This document shows, in pieces, positions 33,604 through 43,605 of a stretch of 45,688 nt of DNA. Both the position numbers and the translations under genes were made by a program. Under the pieces are notes generated by a model. That model searched no databases, was not told the DNA's origin, and worked only from the letters and a program-made list of their open reading frames with translations. Every line of letters begins with the position of its first letter. Within the stretch, counting starts at the first letter, position 1. Source of the DNA: Craspedostauros australis (taxonomy: Eukaryota); assembly GCA_030167865.1 (NCBI GenBank), contig JALAGF010003255.1, positions 1-45,688 on the forward strand, written 5' to 3'.

Positions 33604-36600
33604 CGAGAGGTAGATAGGGCTGCTTGCGATATCATTGGATCAGCACTTGGAGTGGTATTGCAGCTCTTGGGGCTCGAATGCGCGTCCGCGTACCATATAC
33701 ATGAGCGAGATGCAGTGCCAACTTGGCCAGTGTCTACGTCTGTGTCCCTGTTGTCGCGAAAGGCGGTGCCAATACCTTTGCCGCATCTCTCGACGGACGG
33801 ACAGACGGACGGACGGACGGAATATCAACACGTTGGTGGCGTAGCAGATGAATACCAGTGGAGGGTTTACGATCTATGGTGGATGAGATGGATCCTGTCT
33901 CATCTCTCTCTCTCTCTGGAGTCGTCCTCGCACCATACAGAGTACGAGAATACCATCATTTCGGCGGATCATGGTCCGTCTCCGCCAGGTCCAAATGTTA
34001 TGTCATGGTACATCATTGGTATTAGCTCCCCGAGCAGTGCACTAATACTCTATTCGCATCAGCGTCGGCACTAACAGCAATCAATGAAGAGTACTCCGCA
34101 GAGCTGCAGTATAGCGTCCCCGCAGAGCGCTCCCGTTCATCTTCAAATATCTAACCTGACCGGCGTAGAATACTCATCCATTACTCGACATTGATTCGCC
34201 GCACCATGTGTTTCCTCCGACAAACATTTGCATCCCAAGAGAATGCCAATGCCGCGCAGTCGTGATGCATGTCGTGGTCCACTTGTGGCCTCGTGCCGAC
34301 AGCCGTCACAGACCAAACACGATCTAGCCACGGAGAATAGATGGGGCGCACGAGAGTAATGGAGTCGACCATGCGGACATGGGATCGCGAGGATCGGCAG
34401 CTGTTGCCATCATCCTCCAACACAGAACACGACGTACAAACACATGCGATCTGCAAGGGTGAAAAAATGAGGCCACGAACGAGTCACACGATTAGGCACA
34501 AAACGCCGCGAAATTTCTCCAACACACACACCGAAGAGACAGGGGACACCAATAAATCCTGTCGGCGGTTGACGAATCATTGGCCGGTTTTGAATGACCA
34601 AACGCTTTCCGATTGGCACGACAGGAACATTCCGCGGGCAGAGTCGATCGTATTATAATTGGCAACTTCGGATGAAGCGTTCCTGGGCCACGCTGTTGCA
34701 CAATTCGGGCACACACAAGCCGCGAGCAGGAATGCGCACTCTCGGATGGCGTGGGCGCAGAGAGACGCTAACAAAGAGTGGCCAACGCTTGCCCTGTCTC
34801 TCCCTTTTCGCAGAGAGAGAATTTTCGACAACCGCCCAGGAAGGATAGAGGAACGGACCAACAACACCAACCTCAAGAGAGAAGTCTGAGACGGAGCACG
34901 TACCATACCATGCACTGACGGAGACTGGCATCTGCACGAACTTGATTACGTAGCATTATAGTGCTCTGGAGTCGAGTGTGTGTAACGAAAGAGCGAGACA
35001 CAAGGTGTAGCGCTCCACTGTGATTCCTGTGATAGACACCGGGGAAAAGAACTACCGCCATCGTTCTGATTGATACAAAGCAGCACGTGTTGTTGGGGAA
35101 GAGCGCATATCCTCAAAGGGCAGAGCGCCTGCAGGGCGCCATGCTCGTACGAAGTCCTCGCGGCACAGAAGAAAGAAGGGTGCCAACCAAGTTCGATTCG
35201 TTGCGAAAGTGTACGAGTACAGCCTACGCGCGTGGAGGGGGAAGACGGTGAAACCTTGTTGCTTGGTATGGTGCGTACCTATCTACATGTACGGTAGGCT
35301 GCTATAACTGCGACTACGAGTACGAAGACAGGAACATAGCATAGCATATCGTAACGTATCGTAGCCTAACGTATCGTATCGTATCGTCGTTGCCGCTGTG
35401 AGTGCTCAGCGACGAACACACAAAGATACGAGCGGGTCGTACTAGTACGAGGACAAGTATGAGCACGAACACGAGCCGTGGTACCCGGACAAACACAGAG
35501 CCGGACGACATACAAACCGTTCTACCATTGCCCGCAACGCCCTTGTTGCCCTCGTGTTGCTGGAGCATGTCTGTTTGGCGCGCAAATTGCCTTGGCGATG
35601 AGTGTGTGACGTGTCCAGCCATGTGGTAGTTTTCCGTGCAAGATAAGTGATTTGAATTCCAGTCACATGTTAGGCATCGACGTTGCGGCTGGCACGAGTC
35701 GAGATGTGCAAAGAGCGGATTTGTGACTACCGTGATTAGGCGGCAACGCGTGCATCGTTAAGAGAGGAAATGGCACAAGGGTAACTCTTTCGAGTCGATA
35801 CTTTTCCGTCATGTCACAGTTCGCAAAAGAATGTGAGACGGATGACACACGCAAGTCAAGGAAATTTCTGCAACGAGAGGAGATTGATTCTGGAAATCTC
35901 CACAATGCCACATGACACAACGCACAGTTCAAACAAGCGCATAGTGGCGAAGCACACGGTGAAGTCCACAGCGAAGCACACAAAGAAGCAAGACCACACG
36001 AGGGACTCCTTCCTGCTCCATTGTTTGTCGTCCGAAAACGGCCGAGAAGAGTGTCGGTCGTAAAGTAAACACAAGGCAACGCACCAAACACAGTATCACT
36101 TGCAAATACTCGCAGACCAGCCAAAGCCAACAGCGGCAACAGCCGCATCAAAGAGAGGTCTCATGTGCGACAAGCAGAGTGAAACGCGGTGAGTGGGGGC
36201 GAACGGAGCCAATCGCCTATGTAAATGCGAAAGGTGACAGCATGATCGGATCAAGAGGCTAAACACGGATGAAACGACAGGACCATTGCGCCCCTCCCTC
36301 TTTCCATAGCGCGGCTCTTGCCCATCCGGTCCCCCTTTCTTCGGCATTTTGTATGTGTGAATTGCGTGTGCGTCCATGTCGAAATGTGTGGCTGTGTGAT
36401 GCGGTTGCTGGCTCGTTGGTGCATCATTGCCGCCGTCGCCACCGCGGCCGCCGCATCCATGGAAAAGCCATCATCTTGCATCGATGGCGACGGCTGGCAT
36501 CAATCCCAACAGTGTTTACCATCAGTGTTCGTAATCGCACCCGCAACTTGCGCCATTTCTTCTGGTTTTTTATGTGCAGGGGTACGATTGCTCTGCTCTG

Positions 36601-37216
36601 CCATACTCGTGCACGTAGGTATCGCACTCGCATGGCAATGCGCTTCGGTCCACTTGCTTCCCTTTTTCTCCCAGCCCGTGTCTGCCAGCATTGGCAACGT
36701 ATCGGTAACCACAAGCGCACTGCTCACAAATTCTGCTATCGCCGTTTCTCCATCCTTCTTCATTCATCCCATCAACTCATCAACATCATCGTCGACAACC
36801 TCCGCTACCACCACACCGACTCCGCCCGATTCCACTCTACGCCTATTTACTCTCACCCTTCTGCGAAAAGGACACGTCAACATCAGGAATATCGCATCCT
36901 GTGCATGGGGCAAACCAGGAACGGCGTGTACTCGTACGATCAAGAAGACAGACAGCATCGACATCAGCATCGACATCAGCATCATCTGTGACATTAGCGA
37001 AAGTGGCAGGAGCAGCAGAAGAAGTAACAGTAGCAGTAGCAATATCAGTAGCAGTAGCAATAGCAATATCACCGACAGCCAGATCGAGCAACGGAGCAAC
37101 GATCCCATCGGCATCAATATTTGGACCACGGCAGCTAAAACAGCAGGTAGCGGCGGCATCACCAACATTCACAGCAACGGCGGAGGCGGGGCTGGGGGGA
37201 GCATCCCAACGAGGAG

Positions 37217-39292
37217 ATGTCAACTGAACAATCCACATCATCATCATCTCCATCATCGTCGTCGCATGGGTCAAGGGAGTTGCCACATCTGCGTCTCGCA
37301 GAGAGACCCCCGTTCACTGCTTTCTCCGGCGAGGAGTTTCAACTCACTGTCTTCCTCGAAGTCCCCAGCTCCAGCCCCCAGCCGGCGAAGATCAAGGGGA
37401 GGATAGAGCTGACAGCGTCGCTGTTGCATTCCTCGTCGAAGAGGGAGGTTGATTCCAGCCAGTACACGCTCACTGTGAATCCAACGCGCATTTCCATCGA
37501 CTGCGAGACTGACGAACAGCAGGGCAGACGAGCGACCTTCACATGCGCGATCCAATCCAATCTCACGAGCAGTCAAAGCACCACCAACAACAACAGCAGC
37601 AGCAACAGCAACGACTGCAAGTTTCAGATACGCCTGGCGCTGCGAAAGGATGTCGGACAAGCATTGCAGGGCATTGCGCCTCTCCTGGGCGCTCCCATCC
37701 ATCTGGTGAGGTACAAACCCTGCATCGAAGCGATCGGGGAATGGGAGGACGTGTGGTTCAATGCGGAGGGCGGAAAGGACAAGGGCATCGAGGTCGAGGT
37801 CTCCTTCCGCGACCGCAACAATCAGAAGCTCCTGGGGACCAAGATGCCTATCATCCCCACGCTGCATTACGCCGACAATCGCGAAGGTTCTCCGGTCGTT
37901 GGCAAAGAGAAAGACGTGTTCCAGCTCATGGGACAATCAAAACCTAGGATCAACATGAGAACGGGGGAGTGCCGGGTGAAGTTTCGAGTGAACGAAGTGT
38001 CGCGGACCCACAGGAGCAAGTCCTTCGTCGTCAAGTTCGCTCCTGGACCGAATGTCAGGGGCGCCCAGGACATTGGTTTCGGATTCACGCGGCCTGTCGA
38101 AGTGCGGTCAAAGCAAAGCAAGCAGAAACAGAACAAGCAAAACGAGAGGAAGAGGAAAGGGCAACCGGTTTCAGCGCATGCTGCTGCTGCATCCATCCAA
38201 GGTAGCCCCACAGCCCGCCAGCGCACGTCCTACGAAGCGCAGGCACCGATGATGGCTGCTGGGTTCCCGGCGGGAGTGGACACCCAGCAGCTCCAGGAGG
38301 CGATGACCGAGGTGCTGGGCTGGACTGGAGAGGCAGTCGCAGTGCTGGACAACATACGCTGGCGCGTCATCGGCTACAACCGCAAACCTGACGGGACCAG
38401 CAACTACCAAGAGCCCTACCACGATATGCCCAATCCAAACAGGTTCATCGATGCGCTCGTCGACGCCTACAAGAGCAGAGTCCGTCCCAGCCTCAACGTG
38501 CTCAAGGACGCGGTTGATCAAACCAATCCCATCTGGGCTGAAGGAAGGTACCCCAACGTGCCGACGGCTCCCTCTGCTGCCTCCGACACCAACCGCCACT
38601 ACGACGTCATGCATCCGCCCGGTGCCCGGAATCAAACCGCGAGCGTCGGTGTTCCGCTGGCCATGGACGCGGCGGGGATGCAACAGCAACAACAACAACA
38701 ACAACAGCATCCTCACCAGCCCTTGCCGACGGATCACTTCGCCAACAAACGCGAACAGCTCACGTATCGAAGATCCCTCGCCGAACCGATGCAACAAGGA
38801 CCACAGATGCACCAGGTCCCTTTCGGCATTCCACCCCAACAGCTCCCGATTGAAGATTCTGGCTCAGCTGCCTACATACAGCAGGCAAGCCAACCGCCCC
38901 GAGGCGTGGACCGGCCCATGGGAGAGTACATGATGAACCGGGAGAGCGAGACGGACATGGTTTATTACATCCTGTCCATGCAGTACAAGGTGGTTCGCAC
39001 AGGGGAACATCTGGGCGTGCCGGGCTACAACGCAAGCAAACGGTTGCTCGGCTTCTTCCGCCGGTCGTCTCCTGATGCCACCTCGCCGCGCTTCGTCACG
39101 CTCGATCAGCTCTCGCATGGGCTCGAGGACATCGACATGATACAGGCGACGCAAATCCTTCAGGGTGCCATAGACACGAAGAGCACCGCGCTCTTCTCGC
39201 TGGGAGATTTTGCCACAATCGGGAATATGATCGATCACGCCTTTGTTGCTGACTTCTTGAGGGACGAGGACCCGCCAAGAGCAGCCAGATAG
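37217..39292 (+). CDS. Hypothetical protein, probable Ig-fold DNA-binding transcription factor, 691 aa
   Basis: Long single ORF. Beta-rich region (LRLAERPPFTAFSGEEFQLTV...WEDVWFNAEGGKDKGIEVEV...KFRVNEVSRTHRSKSFVVKF...TRPVEVRSK) followed directly by a basic NLS-like stretch (KQKQNKQNERKRK) and later a polyQ/Pro-rich region. The gene is well supported; the function is inferred. Confidence 0.8.
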   Translation: MSTEQSTSSSSPSSSSHGSRELPHLRLAERPPFTAFSGEEFQLTVFLEVPSSSPQPAKIKGRIELTASLLHSSSKREVDSSQYTLTVNPTRISIDCETDEQQGRRATFTCAIQSNLTSSQSTTNNNSSSNSNDCKFQIRLALRKDVGQALQGIAPLLGAPIHLVRYKPCIEAIGEWEDVWFNAEGGKDKGIEVEVSFRDRNNQKLLGTKMPIIPTLHYADNREGSPVVGKEKDVFQLMGQSKPRINMRTGECRVKFRVNEVSRTHRSKSFVVKFAPGPNVRGAQDIGFGFTRPVEVRSKQSKQKQNKQNERKRKGQPVSAHAAAASIQGSPTARQRTSYEAQAPMMAAGFPAGVDTQQLQEAMTEVLGWTGEAVAVLDNIRWRVIGYNRKPDGTSNYQEPYHDMPNPNRFIDALVDAYKSRVRPSLNVLKDAVDQTNPIWAEGRYPNVPTAPSAASDTNRHYDVMHPPGARNQTASVGVPLAMDAAGMQQQQQQQQQHPHQPLPTDHFANKREQLTYRRSLAEPMQQGPQMHQVPFGIPPQQLPIEDSGSAAYIQQASQPPRGVDRPMGEYMMNRESETDMVYYILSMQYKVVRTGEHLGVPGYNASKRLLGFFRRSSPDATSPRFVTLDQLSHGLEDIDMIQATQILQGAIDTKSTALFSLGDFATIGNMIDHAFVADFLRDEDPPRAAR

Positions 39293-40508
39293 CAGACCAG
39301 ACAATGCATCCGTCCACCCATCCATCAACCCATCATGGGATACATCGGGACTGTCGCACTACTATGGACGAGCAGTACAAACCGCACTCAAGTATGTCAT
39401 GGCCCGCCCCTTGCTGCGCAGCAATACGAGTATGCTATACCGGGATGGCCGCATCGCATGGTGCGTATACACTCACACGGTACTCTCAATGAGGATAGCA
39501 TACTGCTGCATCTGCTTCCAAGCGACCATCCGCAGAGCAAGATGTCTGTGGACTTGGGATCTCCAAGTACCCAGATTGCTACCGCGCTGCACGTATGCAG
39601 CATGAAGTCTGCAGTACGTATGAGGCAGTCCAAGCGCTCTTTTCAGAGCCACCTCTCTGGAGCAACCACGTGAGGAGTCGCGACGACAAGAGCAACAGAC
39701 TATGTGTGATGGAGCGGAGCGGAGCATGGCAGAGAAAAGAGAGCCCAAACTCTGGGGGCATCCCATTTCTATGTCTGCGGGTGCTCGGGGCAAGACCATC
39801 TATCGTGCTTGGCGACATCGCTACTCGTATGCAGCCTATCCACGGCTCAGCTCTCGTCCGTTCATCTATCCACCTGCTTCAGCCGCATAATCCTTTCGTC
39901 ATGGAATCAGCGATGCATCAATTTGCACCCAACATCACACCGATCATCCCTCATGGCGATGATCTTGTTAATAGCGTTGATGTTGACGGTGTTCATGGCG
40001 GGCTTACAAACTCATGCAAATGGTGATGATTGATATAGACTTGTATGCTACCATACAATACTCCACCGTGCCTACTCTGTGTGTTCTTGTGCCTCCGAGG
40101 TATGTCGGTGACATGACGTACCATACAATCGGTCACGAGGGCGTCGTGAACCAGCATCTACCTGTTCTACGCCAAAGAGGGGCCAGAGCGAGATCTTCCG
40201 CAATTTTCATGAGCAGTTGCTTCGGTGTGCGACCATACTACTGGCATCAGCAGAGTTTATGGTACCATGCATACCAAACGAACTGGACCAGCACGGTTGA
40301 ACTGTTGACACCATGGGAGGGAACAAGGCGCAATGTTCTCCCATGGCATATATAATATAATACATATCACAATACTCTATCATTTGTGCATGCGCGTGCA
40401 TGCGAGGCAGCAACGGTGGGGGATCGACATGTCTGCACCGCCACCACCACGCCAAGCCATGCTACGGTGCACCATCTTGGTACGACCACAATACAGCACG
40501 GCATAATT

Positions 40509-41732
40509 CTACTTTTTTGCCGCGTTGATAGCTGAGACAAGCTTTGCGCTGATATTCCACAGCCTCTTCGAGTCCTCCACGGACATTGACGCCTCGCTGG
40601 ATGGCTCCTCTCTGCAATTGACAATGTACGAGCCGGTCGGCGGAGGTTGCGCTGCAGCGATACAGTACACGGAGCAGTACGCTCCCTCCGCTGGCGTCTT
40701 CTGCACCGCAGAAACAAACACGCCGAAGATCTGGTTCGGCAGCCGCATGAACCATTGCATGTTGCGGGTCACATCGGTCCGCACGATCCCCGGGTGGATA
40801 GCGAAGGCGGCGATGCCTGTCGTTCCATCGCCCGTGCTGCGATAGCGTCTGGCAAGTTCCTTCGTGAACAGTATGTTGGCGAGCTTGCTCATGGCGTACT
40901 GGCCGAACAGGGAGTACTGTCGATCGAAGTCGCAGAACATATCATCAAAGTCGAATCCCCCCTTCACCAGCTTATGTGTGCTGGAGGTGACGTTGACGAT
41001 GCGGCAGCCACCCTTGGCCTTTTGCAGCAGCGGGATCAACGAGGTCGTCAACAGGAAATGGCCCAGATGGTTGGCCTGCATCATCATCTCGTTGCCGTCC
41101 TTCGACTGGGTCTTTGTGCCCATCATGACGCCTGCGTTGTTGACCAACGCATCGAGGCACGGGATCTGCATCCCCTCGACCACCTCCACGGCCGACCGAA
41201 TCGACGAGAAATCGCCGAGATCGATCTGCAGAAAAATGAGCCTGTCCTCTTCGATGTGATTCCTCGATGTCCGACGGATGTCATCCATCGCGGATTGCGC
41301 CTTGGCCTGGCTGCGGCATGCCATGATAACGGTCGCGCCCATCGATGCGAGCTGCTTGGCCGTCTCCTTCCCGATGCCCGTGTTGGCACCGGTCACCAGC
41401 ACCGTCTTTCCGGCCAGATGATCGTCATGCCATGTCACGTCGATGCTGCCGACGACATCGTGCACCCTCGTTTGCATGCAGAGGTAGATGGAGATCGCCA
41501 TGAGGATGACGCCGACCGGGATGATGGCGTCATCATCCGCACCCGCTTCGCACAGACCGACGCTGATGGCGCTTGCCCCCACCACCAGACCAACGCGGAT
41601 GGATAAGGGGACGAGGCGGGATGACAGAGTGAACTCATGCATCGACACGTACAGCCCATACACGATGCCGAAGTACAGCAGGCACAGGCATGGTCCCAAC
41701 AGCGGAAGCACGTAAGCCAGAAGGCAAGACAT
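40509..41732 (-). CDS. Short-chain dehydrogenase/reductase, retinol dehydrogenase (RDH11-14/Tic32)-like, with N-terminal TM segments, about 407 aa
   Basis: ATG at 41732 (MSCLLAYVLP). SDR motifs: VLVTGANTGIGKETAKQLA, IMACRS, LVNNAGVM, ANHLGHFLLT, IVNVTSS, catalytic YAMSK, IHPGIVRT, TPAEGAYCSVY, SKRLWNISAKLV. Confidence 0.92.
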   Translation of the reverse strand: MSCLLAYVLPLLGPCLCLLYFGIVYGLYVSMHEFTLSSRLVPLSIRVGLVVGASAISVGLCEAGADDDAIIPVGVILMAISIYLCMQTRVHDVVGSIDVTWHDDHLAGKTVLVTGANTGIGKETAKQLASMGATVIMACRSQAKAQSAMDDIRRTSRNHIEEDRLIFLQIDLGDFSSIRSAVEVVEGMQIPCLDALVNNAGVMMGTKTQSKDGNEMMMQANHLGHFLLTTSLIPLLQKAKGGCRIVNVTSSTHKLVKGGFDFDDMFCDFDRQYSLFGQYAMSKLANILFTKELARRYRSTGDGTTGIAAFAIHPGIVRTDVTRNMQWFMRLPNQIFGVFVSAVQKTPAEGAYCSVYCIAAAQPPPTGSYIVNCREEPSSEASMSVEDSKRLWNISAKLVSAINAAKK

Positions 41733-42513
41733 GATGCCAATGGTATTGGTGGGAGTACGTGTGTTGTTGTTGCTGTTGTTGGTGGTGGTGGTGGTGGTGT
41801 CGATGGCAACGTGCGTAGAGTAAGAGCTACGACTATGGATGAGTGTGGATGTGTGTGGATGTGTGTGGATGAAGGTCATGCAGGTCGTGCCGAGTGGAAT
41901 GGAGTGGAGTGCTCGGCCGCACAACGTGCATGGACGCCACAGAGAGTAGCAGAGCAGAGGACACGCACGGCTTCTGCCTCCAGACACGAGCACTCCAACC
42001 CACACAAGAGCAGAACAGAGCAGAGGAGAAGAGAAGAGAGCCAAGAGATGTCCCACACACCTCACAAAAGCAAAAGATCCACGATTCGTGGTTGTTGTGT
42101 CGACCGGAACAGTTGTATTGACCCATTCGACTGCACTAACCAACCCGGCAAAACGCATCCAGCGAAGTCGAACAGCAAAGAACCCATCTTGTTGGGATCA
42201 TCACGACGAAGATGAGAATCAGCCACAGCGACGGGACAACACTCTTGAGGCCGTTTGGTAGCAACAGGCCGTGATGGTTGACAGAACTCTCCACTTTGCG
42301 ATACTCGCGTCATAATACTTCCACTGCCCCCAGTCGTATCTCTCCATCTCTCATAGTCGTACAACTATACACACGATCTCTGAGCATATTCTCCGGAGTA
42401 GCTCATACCACGAAAACAACACTCTACTATACAGTCACCTGCATCAGCAGAGAGCACGGAGAATATCGTGCATGGCATTCAGAAAGTCACCACAGCGACC
42501 AGACACAAGCACA

Positions 42514-43134
42514 ATGAAGCTCTCCAAGCAGCAGGAAGAGCTCCTGAAGAAGCTCGGGGGCGACATCGACAACGGGCTGTCGTCAGATGAAGCGTCGAGA
42601 CGAAGAGAGCAGGCGGGAACCTTCAACGTAGTGCGACCTCCCATCGACTGCCCGGCGTGGGTATGCTGCTTGCTGCCGTGCATCAAGGGTGTTCCGTCCA
42701 TGAAGGCGTTCGCATCCATCAAGCCCGACGATGCGGAGGTCCTTCGCAATGGAAAGTGGATCCGGTACGATGCAGCCAGTCTAGTGGAGGGGGACGTCAT
42801 CCGAATCGAGGAGGGTGACATCATCCCGGCCGACTGCGTGCTGCTCGAGGTGGATGGGGACGACGAGCTGCTGGTGGATGCTCGCTCGGTCACTGGAGAA
42901 GACAAGCACAGATCCGCCACGGCATCAAAGCTGGAGGCCGGCGTGCTCGTCTCCCTCTACATGGGTGGCCGCGTCGTCCAAGGTTGCGGCACGGCGTTGA
43001 TCACGGCCATTGGCGTGAACACGCTGCTTGCGCGTCTGATCAAGGAAAATAGGTTCCCTCCGACAGAGAATATGCTCCAGGCTGAGGAAGACGAAGGCAT
43101 AGCTCTGGTGGGCACAACGCGCCCCATATCATGA
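42514..43134 (+). CDS. Stand-alone P-type ATPase N-terminal plus actuator (A) domain protein, 206 aa
   Basis: ATG at 42514 in an ACAATG context. Cation_ATPase_N-like LLKKLGGDIDNGLSSDEASRRREQAGTFNVV, then a Cys-rich linker, then an A-domain: AEVLRNGKWIRYDAASLVEGDVIRIEEGDIIPADCVLL...LLVDARSVTGED...LYMGGRVVQGCGTALITAIGVNTLLARLI. No DKTGT, nucleotide-binding domain or TM helices are encoded nearby. Confidence 0.8.
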   Translation: MKLSKQQEELLKKLGGDIDNGLSSDEASRRREQAGTFNVVRPPIDCPAWVCCLLPCIKGVPSMKAFASIKPDDAEVLRNGKWIRYDAASLVEGDVIRIEEGDIIPADCVLLEVDGDDELLVDARSVTGEDKHRSATASKLEAGVLVSLYMGGRVVQGCGTALITAIGVNTLLARLIKENRFPPTENMLQAEEDEGIALVGTTRPIS

Positions 43135-43605
43135 ATGTGCGGACACCTCTTGAACTGCCTCCAATGGCGTGCACATGCTGACGAAAGATGCACGGGATAA
43201 CACGAAGTCCTTCAGCCAAATCTGCCCTGATTTTATCATCATATTCTATTATATTACAATACAATTATAATCCTTACATCCTCCTCTACTTGACGAGTAT
43301 TTACATCATGCAAGCTATTATACATAGCACATACATACAGACACAGAATGCGAGTAGATCGTATTGCTCCTGTTTGGAGCTGCCAGAGCGATGCGACGAC
43401 GTTTCCGTATCTTTGTGGAAACCCTTGGAGTTGCGCTGAGGATTCCTCATTCTTGTTCAATTGTAATTTGCACGAACTCCTGCTCCCACCGATGTGCGCA
43501 ACAAGGACAACGAAGTTTCGTTGACCACAGGTGTCAAAATCCACAACGCCAAACTTTTGATTGTCACCAGACAGAGGCCACTCGTGTCTCGTATTGCTCA
43601 AACTG

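Noticed and set aside
36269..37406. 240-aa and 362-aa + strand ORFs upstream of the 37217 gene
   Set aside because: Low-complexity, repeat-derived translations (poly-S, alternating residues) with no coding-like character; more likely promoter or 5' UTR.
40647..41606. 319-aa + strand ORF, and similar antisense ORFs at 8642-9547 and 6917-7723
   Set aside because: Antisense shadows of the SDR, VPS13 and VASt coding sequences, with no recognisable motifs.
41733..42158. 142-aa N-terminal extension of the SDR ORF given by the ORF track
   Set aside because: Non-ATG start and simple-repeat-derived sequence; ATG 41732 is the more plausible start.
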